Source of the DNA: an uncultured Candidatus Saccharibacteria bacterium
GTDB taxonomy: Bacteria > Patescibacteriota > Saccharimonadia > Saccharimonadales > EFPC-124
Length of the DNA stretch: 37,485 nt
NCBI GenBank assembly: GCA_964586395.1
Contig: CAZPGP010000002.1
Location: 26,556-64,040 of the forward strand
Direction: 5' to 3'
Part shown: one piece after another, positions 1-9,122 of the stretch
Numbering within the stretch: the stretch's first letter is position 1
Layout: the number at the start of each line of letters is the position of its first letter
The notes under the pieces: model-generated
What the model was told of the DNA's origin: nothing
Database searches by the model: none
What the model saw: only the letters and a program-made list of their open reading frames with translations
Position numbers and translations under genes: made by a program

Positions 1-624
1 TGTTGCTGCCCGGGGGTCCGTCGATGATCGACTCTTGGTCGGGGTCGGAGGTCCGATGCGCACGGATCGCTGGCCCGCTCGATGGCGGAGGTCCGTCGAC
101 TGTCCCCTGTCTCCACGCCGTCCGTCCCGAGTCGTGAACGGATGGCGGGTGATGCACGATCTGAAGTTGTACGCACCCGGCTGGGTACGCGGTGCTCGCG
201 AGCAGGTTGCAGCGGTGCTGCCGGACCTGCCCTCTACGGCCTGAACCACGGCGCCCGACTGCCGGCGACGGCAGTGGCCAGTTCAGGTCAGAAATCCGCG
301 GTCTCGTCGCGGCCGATCAGTGGTTGGTGGTGGATGCCCGGAAGGGCCTCAGACTTCGCATCTCGTGCTCCTGTAAGGTCGGTAATGCTCTGGGCAAGAC
401 GCTCTCGGAGAGAGGTGGAGCCTAGGGTTGTCGCATTATCACTCCCGGAGTGTTGCTGTCGATCCCGCGCCGGTACTGACGGCCCTCGTCGGTTGGCCGA
501 TTCTCGATTGGCGGGGCTTACCAGCGACGCATCAACCGTGCGTCGTTCGTAAGCCCTGCCAAACCTTCTACCTAGCTTTTAAAAAACATCGGCGTGCAGT
601 GTTGCATCAGCCGATAACTAACAT

Positions 625-652
625 ATTTTAACAGAATAAATTCAAAAAGCAA
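625..652 (-). promoter_or_regulatory. sigma70-type promoter firing into region 1-615
   Basis: Minus strand TTGCTT-16-TAAAAT with extended -10 TG, in an AT-rich patch. Confidence 0.5.
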
Positions 653-669
653 ATACTTTGTGCCACACC

Positions 670-703
670 GGTGGCGGGCAGGAACGAATCCCTACCCGCC
701 ACC
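670..703 (-). terminator. 15-bp GC hairpin with UUCG loop, 3' of 734..1069
   Basis: Minus strand GGTGGCGGGTAGGGA-TTCG-TTCCTGCCCGCCACC. Two G-U pairs form only on the minus strand. Confidence 0.7.
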
Positions 704-733
704 AGCTACAGTGTCACGCCCTCAGGAGGGGCG

Positions 734-1069
734 CTACGCTGCGAGTGCGCGGATGGCCGCGATGGTCGGCGCCGGGAGCGGCTTCGAGCCCAGAGGCCCG
801 AACGCCCTCCCGGCACTCACGCCGAAGCTGGCGCTGTCCGGCACGGGGTTGCCCAGCGCCCTGCCGGTGCTCAGAGCGGCGCGCTGGTGCGTGTAGACCG
901 CCTTGACTACGAGCTGGCCGTCGTCCTTGGCGGCCCAGCACAGCAGGTTGCTGATGCCGAACGTCTCGTCACGGTCGGTGAGGATCTGGGTGACCAGACT
1001 CACGACCCCCAGTTCGACGAGGCGTGCGTGATGCTCACGTGCATTCGCAGGAATGCTGTCGTGTGCCAT
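734..1069 (-). CDS. hypothetical protein, high-GC orphan class (111 aa)
   Basis: ORF 734..1096 trimmed to ATG 1069 with GAGGGG SD 9 nt upstream. High GC3, own promoter TTGCAA-16-TAGAAT at ~1120-1147, 3' hairpin 670-703. Confidence 0.7.
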   Translation of the reverse strand: MAHDSIPANAREHHARLVELGVVSLVTQILTDRDETFGISNLLCWAAKDDGQLVVKAVYTHQRAALSTGRALGNPVPDSASFGVSAGRAFGPLGSKPLPAPTIAAIRALAA

Positions 1070-1167
1070 CTTGAGAATCCCCTCAGTAGTAGTCACCCTC
1101 TTCTGGCGACAACTCTATAATTCTACATATTCGTGCGTTTATTGCAAGTATAAGTTCATGTCTACAG

Positions 1168-2463
1168 CTAGGCGCCGTAAACCATTGTGTACGTGCCAGA
1201 TCGGCCGATAGAGACAGTATCGCCTTCTTTTATGCCCTGGCGGTCAAGTTCGTGCATGACGCCCATCTTGCCCAGAATATCCCACAGACGTCGACGGCCG
1301 GGTTCGCTATCGAAGTTAGTGCGAGCGGCAAACTTCTCAATCTTCTGCCCACTCACAACAAATCGGCCGCCATCGTGTGTCACCTTCCAGGAGTCGCGCT
1401 TCTGAGCGTCGTCCAAACCTATAATCGGAATGCCGGTTGCTTCCTCTTGCGCTTCAGCAGCTTCGAGCTTCTGCGCGCGGACTCGCTTAACCTCGACGTC
1501 CAGTGTTCGCAGCAGTTCCGTCAAGCCAGTGTGAGCCGATGAAGAAATTGCAAACAGCTGCGTACCTTTCGGCAATACCTTGGCCAGTTCGGCTTTCTTT
1601 TGCTCGACGCCGTCCTCGGGGAGACCTTCAATCTTGGTCAATGCCACGATAAGCGGTCGCTTGGCGAGTTCAGGGCTGTAGGCAGCGAGCTCGTTCTGAA
1701 TGGTCGTGAAATTCTCGGCGACATTATCGTCGTAGATATCCACCAAGTGCAGCAGTACAGCTGTGCGCTCCACATGGCGCAAGAACGCATCGCCCAGACC
1801 TTTACCTTCACTCGCGCCTTCGATCAGACCAGGAATGTCGGCAATCAGGAGCGAGCTACTGTCGACGTCGGCGACGCCCAAGTTAGGCGTAAGCGTCGTG
1901 AACGGATAGTCAGCGATCTCTGGACGAGCGTTGGTCACGACAGATAGAAAGGTCGATTTGCCAGCGTTCGGCAGGCCAACGAGACCTACATCAGCCAGCA
2001 GTTTCAGCTCGAGTATCAGGCTAAATTCCTCGCCTCGTTCGCCGAGCTCTGCAACCTTAGGCGCCTGACGGGTCGAAGACTTAAAGTGAGCGTTACCGAA
2101 ACCACCATCGCCACCGTGAGCCACGGTTGCACGTTGGTCGATCTGCGTGAGGTCGGCGACGAGCTTGCCATCGAGATACACCTGGGTGCCGACCGGCACT
2201 TTCACAAGCAGGTCTTCACCGCTTCGTCCGCGCTTGTTGCGCTTGGAGCCAGCCTGGCCGTTCTCGGCCTCGAGTTCTTGCTTGTAGCGAAAGCCTAGAA
2301 GTGTGTTGAGGTTTTGGTCGCCTACGAAGATAACATTACCGCCGCGCCCACCGTCACCACCGTCAGGGCCACCTCGGTCGATGTATTTTTCCTTACGAAA
2401 ACTAACGGAGCCATTGCCGCCGTTTCCCGCTCGAACCAATACTTCAACTTTGTCTACAAACAT
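1168..2463 (-). CDS. obgE: GTPase ObgE/CgtA
   Basis: MFVDKV start, Gly-rich Obg fold (GGPDGGDGGRGG), G1 GLPNAGKS, DYPFTT, DIPGLIEGAS, C-terminal OCT domain. Confidence 0.97.
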   Translation of the reverse strand: MFVDKVEVLVRAGNGGNGSVSFRKEKYIDRGGPDGGDGGRGGNVIFVGDQNLNTLLGFRYKQELEAENGQAGSKRNKRGRSGEDLLVKVPVGTQVYLDGKLVADLTQIDQRATVAHGGDGGFGNAHFKSSTRQAPKVAELGERGEEFSLILELKLLADVGLVGLPNAGKSTFLSVVTNARPEIADYPFTTLTPNLGVADVDSSSLLIADIPGLIEGASEGKGLGDAFLRHVERTAVLLHLVDIYDDNVAENFTTIQNELAAYSPELAKRPLIVALTKIEGLPEDGVEQKKAELAKVLPKGTQLFAISSSAHTGLTELLRTLDVEVKRVRAQKLEAAEAQEEATGIPIIGLDDAQKRDSWKVTHDGGRFVVSGQKIEKFAARTNFDSEPGRRRLWDILGKMGVMHELDRQGIKEGDTVSIGRSGTYTMVYGA

Positions 2464-2483
2464 ACGTTACGCCCATTATACAG

Positions 2484-2521
2484 AAAACCGCCCCAGATTG
2501 ACAGGGGCGGTTTTCTATTTT
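2484..2521. terminator. intrinsic terminator after the LysM/CHAP gene
   Basis: AAAACCGCCCC-loop-GGGGCGGTTTT with A/T tracts on both sides. Confidence 0.75.
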
Positions 2522-2533
2522 ACTAATATGCTA

Positions 2534-3706
2534 CTAGTGAATGTAGTTGTAGCTGCCAACAGACGAGGCAGGAACCGTACGGTTAGAGATAACATTCCAA
2601 CCAGCGTAGTTCATGTCCGACACCAGCAGGCTACCATCGGCGTTAACACGCTCGACGATACCAACGTGACCGTAACCGCCCCAACCACCACCGTTCTGAA
2701 TGACGGCGCCGGCCTCAGGCGTGTGGTCCACGCGGAATCCTTGAGCACGAGCCATAGCAGACCAACTCACGGCGTTACCCCAGTTACCACTGATCGGACT
2801 ACCAATCTCGGCACGGCGGTTGTACGCATAGTAAGTACAGTAGCCGTAGGCGTAACCGTTACCAGCTACGAATGTCGAGCTGATAGATGTAGAGGTAACA
2901 CTCGAGGAACTGCTCGAGTAGCTTCGTGGAGCAACGTACCCAGGGCGCTCATTCTCAGGCAGAACACCTTCAGGGATGAGGATCTGTGAACCAACCTTCA
3001 GGCCGGAGAGTTCGGCGTCGTTAAAAGTAATGATGCGCTCTTTATCAGCCTGGTATTTCTCGGCCAGCTTACCAGCATCGTCACCGCTCTTAACGGTGTA
3101 GACAACGCCAGTGATGCTTGGGATTGTGAGCTTTGTGCCAGGCTTCAATGAGTCAGAGGTCAGGTTGTTGGCCCAACGCACTGTATCTTCAGAGATACCA
3201 AACTGCGCGGCAACTGACTTAACATTGTCGCCATCCTTAGTCATGTAGGTGGTTACACCCTTACGACCAGTTGTCTGGCTAACGATCTGTGGTTTACTAA
3301 TGAAGCTGTTGTCGGTCTGAGCCAACTCTGTCTTGCTGTTGAGCGAAATTGCCAGGCTTGCAACCTGCGCGCTTACCAGCATGTTGGTACTTTCCGCAAC
3401 AGAGGCGGCCACGTCAGCAGCCGCCACTTGGTCAACGCTCGGCTTGTCTTGCTCCAGAATCGACTGTGCTCCAGCCGTCTGAGATGCTTCAACAGGCGCG
3501 CGATAACCAATGGCTACGATGGCGATGATAAAGGCTACGACAACAACTTGTGACGTAACCAAGGCAAAATTCAGCTTTTTTGTGCGAGCACGAAGCTTCG
3601 CTGCATTTTTAGTAGCAATCTCTGTTAGTTTTGGACTGGTTTGTGGTGCAGTGGCACGTTGTGCCGCCTGGCCCAGAGCAATATTGTTACTAATATGCGT
3701 CTCCAT
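2534..3706 (-). CDS. membrane-anchored LysM x2 + CHAP peptidoglycan hydrolase
   Basis: N-terminal TM, two LysM repeats (YMTKDGDNVKSVAAQFGIS; YTVKSGDDAGKLAEKY), Ser linker, CHAP motifs GYCTYY, WGNA, YGHVGIVE. Confidence 0.9.
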   Translation of the reverse strand: METHISNNIALGQAAQRATAPQTSPKLTEIATKNAAKLRARTKKLNFALVTSQVVVVAFIIAIVAIGYRAPVEASQTAGAQSILEQDKPSVDQVAAADVAASVAESTNMLVSAQVASLAISLNSKTELAQTDNSFISKPQIVSQTTGRKGVTTYMTKDGDNVKSVAAQFGISEDTVRWANNLTSDSLKPGTKLTIPSITGVVYTVKSGDDAGKLAEKYQADKERIITFNDAELSGLKVGSQILIPEGVLPENERPGYVAPRSYSSSSSSVTSTSISSTFVAGNGYAYGYCTYYAYNRRAEIGSPISGNWGNAVSWSAMARAQGFRVDHTPEAGAVIQNGGGWGGYGHVGIVERVNADGSLLVSDMNYAGWNVISNRTVPASSVGSYNYIH

Positions 3707-3898
3707 TATCGCTTATTCCTAAGCGAAATTTACTTCCGTTCGTGTCTTTCTTCCAGACATGTTTGTGTTGGAACAGAGATGTGTCGACCGTGAGTTGCTA
3801 GGTTATATTATAGCATCTCGTGCGACACGACTTGGGAAGAACACTGGTACGTAAAGCGCTTATGTTGGGGCGTTTTACCCACCCGAGCGTACATAGAT

Positions 3899-3927
3899 AT
3901 TGTACCTAAGCTTGACATAAGTGTCAA
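3899..3927 (-). promoter_or_regulatory. consensus promoter with a palindrome overlapping the -35
   Basis: Minus strand TTGACA-17-TACAAT. TTGACA-N4-TGTCAA at 3912-3927. A second TGcTATAAT lies at ~3807-3815. Confidence 0.7.
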
Positions 3928-3953
3928 TACGTTACAATGTATTCCTACCCCTG

Positions 3954-5162
3954 TTATTGAGAGCAAAGTTTCGTACAATATCGATCAATATTCGACTGGT
4001 GTTCGGCCTCTGTTCGAGCAAAGTAGGTCGTGCCATCATCGCCAGCCACAAAGAATACATAGTCGCCCGGCGCAGGGTCAGCCACTGCCGTGAGGGCAGT
4101 GATATTAAAGTTAGCAATTGCCCCCGGAGGCAAACCTGTGTAACGTCGCGTGTTGTAAGGTGAATCGATATTTACCGACTCTTGTTGCCCGAGTAGTTCG
4201 GCGGCGTACATAAATGTCACATCTGACCCCAATTGCATGCCGTCCTTCAGTCGCTTCTCGAACACCTGAGCAACTTGGCGCTGATCCGAATAGGTCGATG
4301 TTTCCCTTTGGATAATAGAGGCCAGCGTAATACCCTGGTGCAGATTGAATCCCTTCGCGGCAAGCTGCGGCTGCAACCCCTTCTCCTGTATCTTGGCGTA
4401 GAATTCGTCGAAGGTACGCACCAACAGCTGCTCAGCAGTCGTGTCAGAACTGATCTGGTATGTGTCCGGATAGATGTAGCCGTCGATGTTTACGCCATCG
4501 GGCTTGCTCGCCAGTAGCGCGTGATTGTATTTCTTGGTGAAGGCCGCGTTGATATCAGCTTCAGTAAATCCGTCCTTCATCAGGCTCTTCTTGATACCCA
4601 CCAGCGTTTGGCCCGGTAGAATCGTGACGTTAAATGTATCGACTTTTCCTTCCACAAGCCATGACAAAATTTCGCGAGATGATTGCTTTGGTGTGAATAG
4701 GAATACACCCGCCTGAAGCTTGTCGCGATCGCCGCTTTGACGCATTAACAGCTGAAACGCAATGCTACTCTTGATAACTTGCTTTTGCTCCAGCTCGTCG
4801 GCAATTTGCTCAGGCGTCGCGCCTTGCTCGATGACGACTCGGACACGTCGGTCTTCCGACGAACGAGGCAGTAGCGCGTCGTTATACCAAGCAAACCCGG
4901 CGATGATGGCTGCGACAATAATAACAACGAACGCACCCAAAATACCTAAGATCCACCGCTTCTTCTTCGAACGGCCGGGATTCTTAGCCAAGATAAGGGG
5001 CGTCTTGTGCCCAGGTTCTAGCAACTCCTCAGGAACTTTGAGTGGTTCACCTTCGGCAGTGGTCTTCGGCTTCTGGCCTGCAAGCGGCTGCGGTCGGCGA
5101 GGTGGCATTGGGGTCTGCCCGCTATTTGATTTCCTAAATGGTCGTAATGGCTTAATGTCCAT
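3954..5162 (-). CDS. mltG: endolytic transglycosylase MltG (YceG family)
   Basis: Single TM, DGYIYPDTY, TLASIIQRE, RLKDGMQLGSD, SPYNTRRYTGLPPGAIAN. Start set at ATG 5162 (GGAGG SD). Confidence 0.93.
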   Translation of the reverse strand: MDIKPLRPFRKSNSGQTPMPPRRPQPLAGQKPKTTAEGEPLKVPEELLEPGHKTPLILAKNPGRSKKKRWILGILGAFVVIIVAAIIAGFAWYNDALLPRSSEDRRVRVVIEQGATPEQIADELEQKQVIKSSIAFQLLMRQSGDRDKLQAGVFLFTPKQSSREILSWLVEGKVDTFNVTILPGQTLVGIKKSLMKDGFTEADINAAFTKKYNHALLASKPDGVNIDGYIYPDTYQISSDTTAEQLLVRTFDEFYAKIQEKGLQPQLAAKGFNLHQGITLASIIQRETSTYSDQRQVAQVFEKRLKDGMQLGSDVTFMYAAELLGQQESVNIDSPYNTRRYTGLPPGAIANFNITALTAVADPAPGDYVFFVAGDDGTTYFARTEAEHQSNIDRYCTKLCSQ

Positions 5163-5571
5163 AGGTGGCCTCCATGTAATCATCTAAAATGTACGTCGCC
5201 GCCAGGGCATCGATATCACCCCGCGCAAATGGTTTCTTGCGATTGGTTAATTCCTGCTCGGCTTTGACAGACGTCAGGGATTCATCCTGAAAATGCACTG
5301 ACTGCGCAAAACCGTTCATCCGACGCACCACAAACTGACGGATCGACTCCGTTTGCTTCGTTTCCTCGCCAGACATGTTGCGCGGCAAGCCCACAACGAT
5401 ATCCGATACTTCATTCTCTAGCATGAGCCGTTGCAAGCGCACGAGCTCCAGGCCGTCAACCTCTAGTGTCGTCAGGGGCGAAGCCAGTCGGCCAATAGTA
5501 TCACCGATCGCCACGCCAATGCGTCGCTCGCCTACATCAAGGCCAAGGAGTACGCGCTTACTTTCCGTCAT
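5152..5571 (-). CDS. ruvX: YqgF/RuvX pre-16S rRNA nuclease (Holliday junction resolvase-like)
   Basis: LGLDVGERRIGVA, IVVGLPRNMSG, DESLTS, DALAATYIL. Confidence 0.93.
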   Translation of the reverse strand: MTESKRVLLGLDVGERRIGVAIGDTIGRLASPLTTLEVDGLELVRLQRLMLENEVSDIVVGLPRNMSGEETKQTESIRQFVVRRMNGFAQSVHFQDESLTSVKAEQELTNRKKPFARGDIDALAATYILDDYMEATYGH

Positions 5572-7216
5572 TTTTGATCGAGAACTTAATGTCTACTTTC
5601 TTAGGATCACCAGGCGCACTGTTCACCCAGAATGGCGAGAACTTGATGTCAACACTTTCGACATTTGGAATCTGATTTACGATAGCCTGGATCTCGCCGT
5701 AGCGTTTGCCGGCAACTTGCTTAGCCAGGGCACCCGTGTCGATCTTGCTGCCAATGTAGCCAGTCGTGCTGAGGCGCGCCGAGAAGGTGCCGTTGTCGAA
5801 CTTCTGGAAGTTACTGAAGGCGATAGAGTTGCTACCGTTGCTGAAGATGCTTTGGTTAGGCTTGGTGTCTAGCGCTGACTTGAGCGCGGAATTAAGCATC
5901 TCGTTCACATCCTTACGCGCAAGACCAAGGAGCGTGTAGGTCGTCTCGACGGTCAATTTTGCCTGCTTGGCTTGCTCGTCGATATTCGGGCTAACAGATG
6001 GGCTGGCTTGGTCGACAGTGAAACTTTCGGTGACAATAATGTAGTCATCGTTGAATTGCTTCTTCAGCTGGTCTTTTGCGGCATTGTTGTCCTGTGATGC
6101 AAGTTGAGTCTTGGCCTTATCGACGTCTGCCTGCGACACGACGGTTACCGTCTGTTTGTCGCCACCGCTCATTGCGGAACCGCTGGCATTGAGCGATGAA
6201 TATCCCGTGACGCTGTAGGTCTGCGCCGGGACGTTATATTCATTGCCGATATCGGTCGCCTGAACCTGAACCGGAGCGGTACCAGGGTGAATGCTGCCGC
6301 CAGATACGCTAGCACCAGGGACGGTGACGGCCGCGGTGCTGGCAAATTTGTGGCCGCTGGCGCCGGTAAAGATCGTACCAGCAGGAACCGATTTGGCATC
6401 GCTGTCGAATGAATTCGTGATAGTCACGCTACCGCCTGCCTTGTTTCCGATATCTTTGGTTCCTGTGGCGGTAAAGTCGGTCGAGACTGACTTTTTAAGC
6501 TGTTGCGAATTAGCTTTGAATTGTAATTCGGCTGCCTTGCTCGCTGCGGCCTTAGGGTCAAGGCTAAGCGTTTGATCAATACTTACAGAAGTCGTCTTAG
6601 CGCTAATAGTTACGGTAGCTCGTGGCGCAATGGCGAACATCCACCACAGCAGCAGGATAAGTGCGAGCGCACCACCACCGATGATGAAGAACTTCTTGCG
6701 GAAAGAGTTGAAGTTCGGTACCTTGATGAGCGACTTCATATCTTTGCCCGGCTTCTTGGCTGGCGCAACCGGCTTGTCATTGAGCGTGCGAAGATCAACC
6801 TGCGAGCTAATGTCGTCAGCGGCCGAGGCAGCCTTGAGTTTACCAGCAGCTTCAGCACCAGCAGCCGCTGCGGCAAACTCACCAACCGGCAGGTCTTCTC
6901 CGTTAATAATCTCTTCTTCGTCGATTTCAGGAGCGTCCATCTGAGGGATCTCGGGGCGAGACTGCAGGTTCTTGGCGACCGGAATTTTAAGACCAGCGGC
7001 CAACGCGGTCAAGGAGTGATCACTTGTAATCAACACGACACGCTTATCGTTCTCATTGGCGCTCTTGTTCAGAAGCTTTAGGTTGACGGCGCTCTGGAGT
7101 ACCCCGATACGCTTTGGTGGCACCAAAGCAATGATCTTGGCGCTCGCATCTTTTACTTTGCCAATAATACTAGTGATATCGTCTTCGATGTCGATGTAGA
7201 TTACATCTTTTTTCAT
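5558..7216 (-). CDS. single-pass membrane protein with beta-rich extracellular region (baseplate J-like, CPR hypothetical)
   Basis: 552 aa. Cytoplasmic N-domain, TM near aa 175-197, 'VPAGTIF...VQATDIGNEYNVPA' motif. Coupled between ftsA-like and ruvX. Confidence 0.65.
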   Translation of the reverse strand: MKKDVIYIDIEDDITSIIGKVKDASAKIIALVPPKRIGVLQSAVNLKLLNKSANENDKRVVLITSDHSLTALAAGLKIPVAKNLQSRPEIPQMDAPEIDEEEIINGEDLPVGEFAAAAAGAEAAGKLKAASAADDISSQVDLRTLNDKPVAPAKKPGKDMKSLIKVPNFNSFRKKFFIIGGGALALILLLWWMFAIAPRATVTISAKTTSVSIDQTLSLDPKAAASKAAELQFKANSQQLKKSVSTDFTATGTKDIGNKAGGSVTITNSFDSDAKSVPAGTIFTGASGHKFASTAAVTVPGASVSGGSIHPGTAPVQVQATDIGNEYNVPAQTYSVTGYSSLNASGSAMSGGDKQTVTVVSQADVDKAKTQLASQDNNAAKDQLKKQFNDDYIIVTESFTVDQASPSVSPNIDEQAKQAKLTVETTYTLLGLARKDVNEMLNSALKSALDTKPNQSIFSNGSNSIAFSNFQKFDNGTFSARLSTTGYIGSKIDTGALAKQVAGKRYGEIQAIVNQIPNVESVDIKFSPFWVNSAPGDPKKVDIKFSIKNDGK

Positions 7217-7220
7217 GAGG

Positions 7221-8492
7221 TTACTGACTTAGAATTCGATTAAATTTGTCTTTTAGGCCATCGCCGCCGCCTGTGCTGCCTACAATCGTATCATATCCAA
7301 CCCTGAGCAGGCCCATAGGCGTGATAAAGGTGTGATCTGTTACGTCGCCAGTCGTATCTGTAATGCCGGCAACCTGGCTCGGCTGGATGCGCTGTACGGT
7401 TGGCTTCTTGGTAAATGGCAGGTTTTTGTGCCAATCCTGCTCCTCGAGCGCCTCGATAAGTTTGCCCAAACTTGCGCCACCACCACAGAGGAAAATACGG
7501 TTAGGCAGGTGGTCAATGGCGTCAAATTCACCGAGAGCTAGCTCAACACCGTTGAGCCAAACCTCGAGTGTCTTGTCGAGCGCCGAGTTCAAACCCTTCT
7601 TGATATCAGGCTTCAGATTCGCCCCGTCGATAGACAGCTTGAGCTTCTCAGCATCGGTAAATGAAACATCCAGCTCGGCTGCGATCGTCTTGGTGAAGCT
7701 GCGGCCACCAATGCCAAACATCTTCGTGCCCTCGACGCCACCATCATTCACAACGGCGATGTCGGTCGTACCACCACCGATGTCAGCCAAAATGGCCGTA
7801 AAATTACTACTCGCATCAACACCTAGAACAGATCGGCTGACCGCAAATGGCTCCGCTGCAACAGCCAAAAGGTCGAGGTCAAGCTCGCTAGCAGTTCGCT
7901 CCAACGCACCGATATGTACCATTGGCGCAAATGCCGTGTAAATCTGGATAGCAACGTCCTTACCCTGGAAGCCAATCGGGTTGCTGATCTTGTAGCCGTC
8001 GATGTGGATACTCACGATAGCGCTGTTAACTAGCTTGATTTCAACATCTGCGTTGCCCGTTTCCCAGGCGATTTCCTTCTGGGCGCGGACCTGAGCGCGC
8101 TCTTGAACTTTCTCGATAATAAATTCCATCTCGGCCATGTCCAGAGGCTTGTCCGGCTGAGGCCGTTTGTAGCGGATGGTCTGCGTTACGCCCTTTACTA
8201 GCTCGCCCGCTATACCAATGACGGCGCGCTTAGCCTGCACGCCGGCCTGCTCTTCGGCATCGCTGAGTGCCATCTCACAATTGCGAACCACACCAGCAAT
8301 GTCGGCAATTGCACCAGAATGCATGTCGCTTAACTCCTGATGCGCGCGGCCAACACCAATAATCTTAAGCTCATCCCCCTCGACGGTCGCGATGAGCGCT
8401 TTAACGTATTCAGTACCAATATCTAACGCTACGAGGTGCTGGTCACCACTGGAGGAACCTGGCAGCGCTGCCTTGAGTTTATTGAGAATCAT
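7221..8492 (-). CDS. ftsA: FtsA-family actin-like ATPase
   Basis: ALDIGTEYVKALI, DIGGGTTD, GGRSFT, AEKLK, LCGGGASL. True start is ATG 8492 (MILNK), 8 nt after TGTATACT. The longer ORF to 8963 overlaps a + strand gene. Confidence 0.8.
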   Translation of the reverse strand: MILNKLKAALPGSSSGDQHLVALDIGTEYVKALIATVEGDELKIIGVGRAHQELSDMHSGAIADIAGVVRNCEMALSDAEEQAGVQAKRAVIGIAGELVKGVTQTIRYKRPQPDKPLDMAEMEFIIEKVQERAQVRAQKEIAWETGNADVEIKLVNSAIVSIHIDGYKISNPIGFQGKDVAIQIYTAFAPMVHIGALERTASELDLDLLAVAAEPFAVSRSVLGVDASSNFTAILADIGGGTTDIAVVNDGGVEGTKMFGIGGRSFTKTIAAELDVSFTDAEKLKLSIDGANLKPDIKKGLNSALDKTLEVWLNGVELALGEFDAIDHLPNRIFLCGGGASLGKLIEALEEQDWHKNLPFTKKPTVQRIQPSQVAGITDTTGDVTDHTFITPMGLLRVGYDTIVGSTGGGDGLKDKFNRILSQ

Positions 8493-8663
8493 CTCGCTTA
8501 AGTATACAACATAACGCTCCTCAGTTTCTATAAGATGAATGTCTCGCCCCTTGTAACTAGTCCACCCCTGTTGCCAATGCTTATGTTTATATTGACTTTT
8601 TAATCCTTTTGTGTTTAAATGTATTAGTCCACACGAAGCTAGACCACCCCAAGGAGTTGGCAC

Positions 8664-8954
8664 GTGCGTACCTCTCAGACCTCTATCACCCCCCTCCCCG
8701 AGAAGCTCATGGGCCTCCCGGAGATGCTGTCGGTGCTGGGCCTCATGCTCGGCGCGATCGTCATCACCGGAACCCTCTACCAGAGCTGGGGTTGGTCCCA
8801 GAAGACCGTCGCCCTCGTCATCGTGGGCACGATCTTCGGCGGATTCGCCCTCTGGGCGATCATCCGCACCAACCTCGTCCGCCGCGGACTCATCCACCCC
8901 CTCCAGATCGGCCCCAGCTTGGAGGCCGAAGAAGCCCGTCATGGACGGCGATAG
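8664..8954 (+). CDS. small 2-TM membrane protein, high-GC orphan class
   Basis: AAGGAG SD at 8651-8656, GTG start, very high GC3, two hydrophobic segments, 3' hairpins. Confidence 0.75.
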   Translation: MRTSQTSITPLPEKLMGLPEMLSVLGLMLGAIVITGTLYQSWGWSQKTVALVIVGTIFGGFALWAIIRTNLVRRGLIHPLQIGPSLEAEEARHGRR

Positions 8955-8955
8955 A

Positions 8956-9037
8956 GGACCCACGAGGTCCCGGACAGCCAGGTGGCGACCACGGAATGTT
9001 TCCGTGCGTCGCCCCTGGCTTCGTCATTTGAACTTAT
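8956..9037 (+). terminator. two GC hairpins followed by TGAACTTAT
   Basis: GGACC-cacga-GGTCC, then AGCCAGG.GGCGAC.CACGGAA-tgt-TTCCGTG.GTCGCC.CCTGGCT. Motif at 9029-9037. Confidence 0.65.
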
Positions 9038-9122
9038 TTTATTTCAAGATCGGTAAACTAGTAGTATAATATCTTGATGATCTCGGCAAATCAGCCGAGA
9101 CAGAGCACAAGGATGTGATCCT

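Noticed and set aside
1-620. tmRNA, RNase P, tRNA or CRISPR in the GC-rich left end, or a TGA read-through ORF from ATG ~361
   Set aside because: Consensus motifs are absent and the repeats are short and irregular. TGA acts as a stop in several genes here (e.g. tpiA, metG), so code 25 is not supported.
8493-8963. N-terminal extension of the 580-aa ftsA ORF
   Set aside because: It is the antisense shadow of the + strand gene 8664-8954 plus AT-rich promoter DNA. FtsA similarity starts after ATG 8492.
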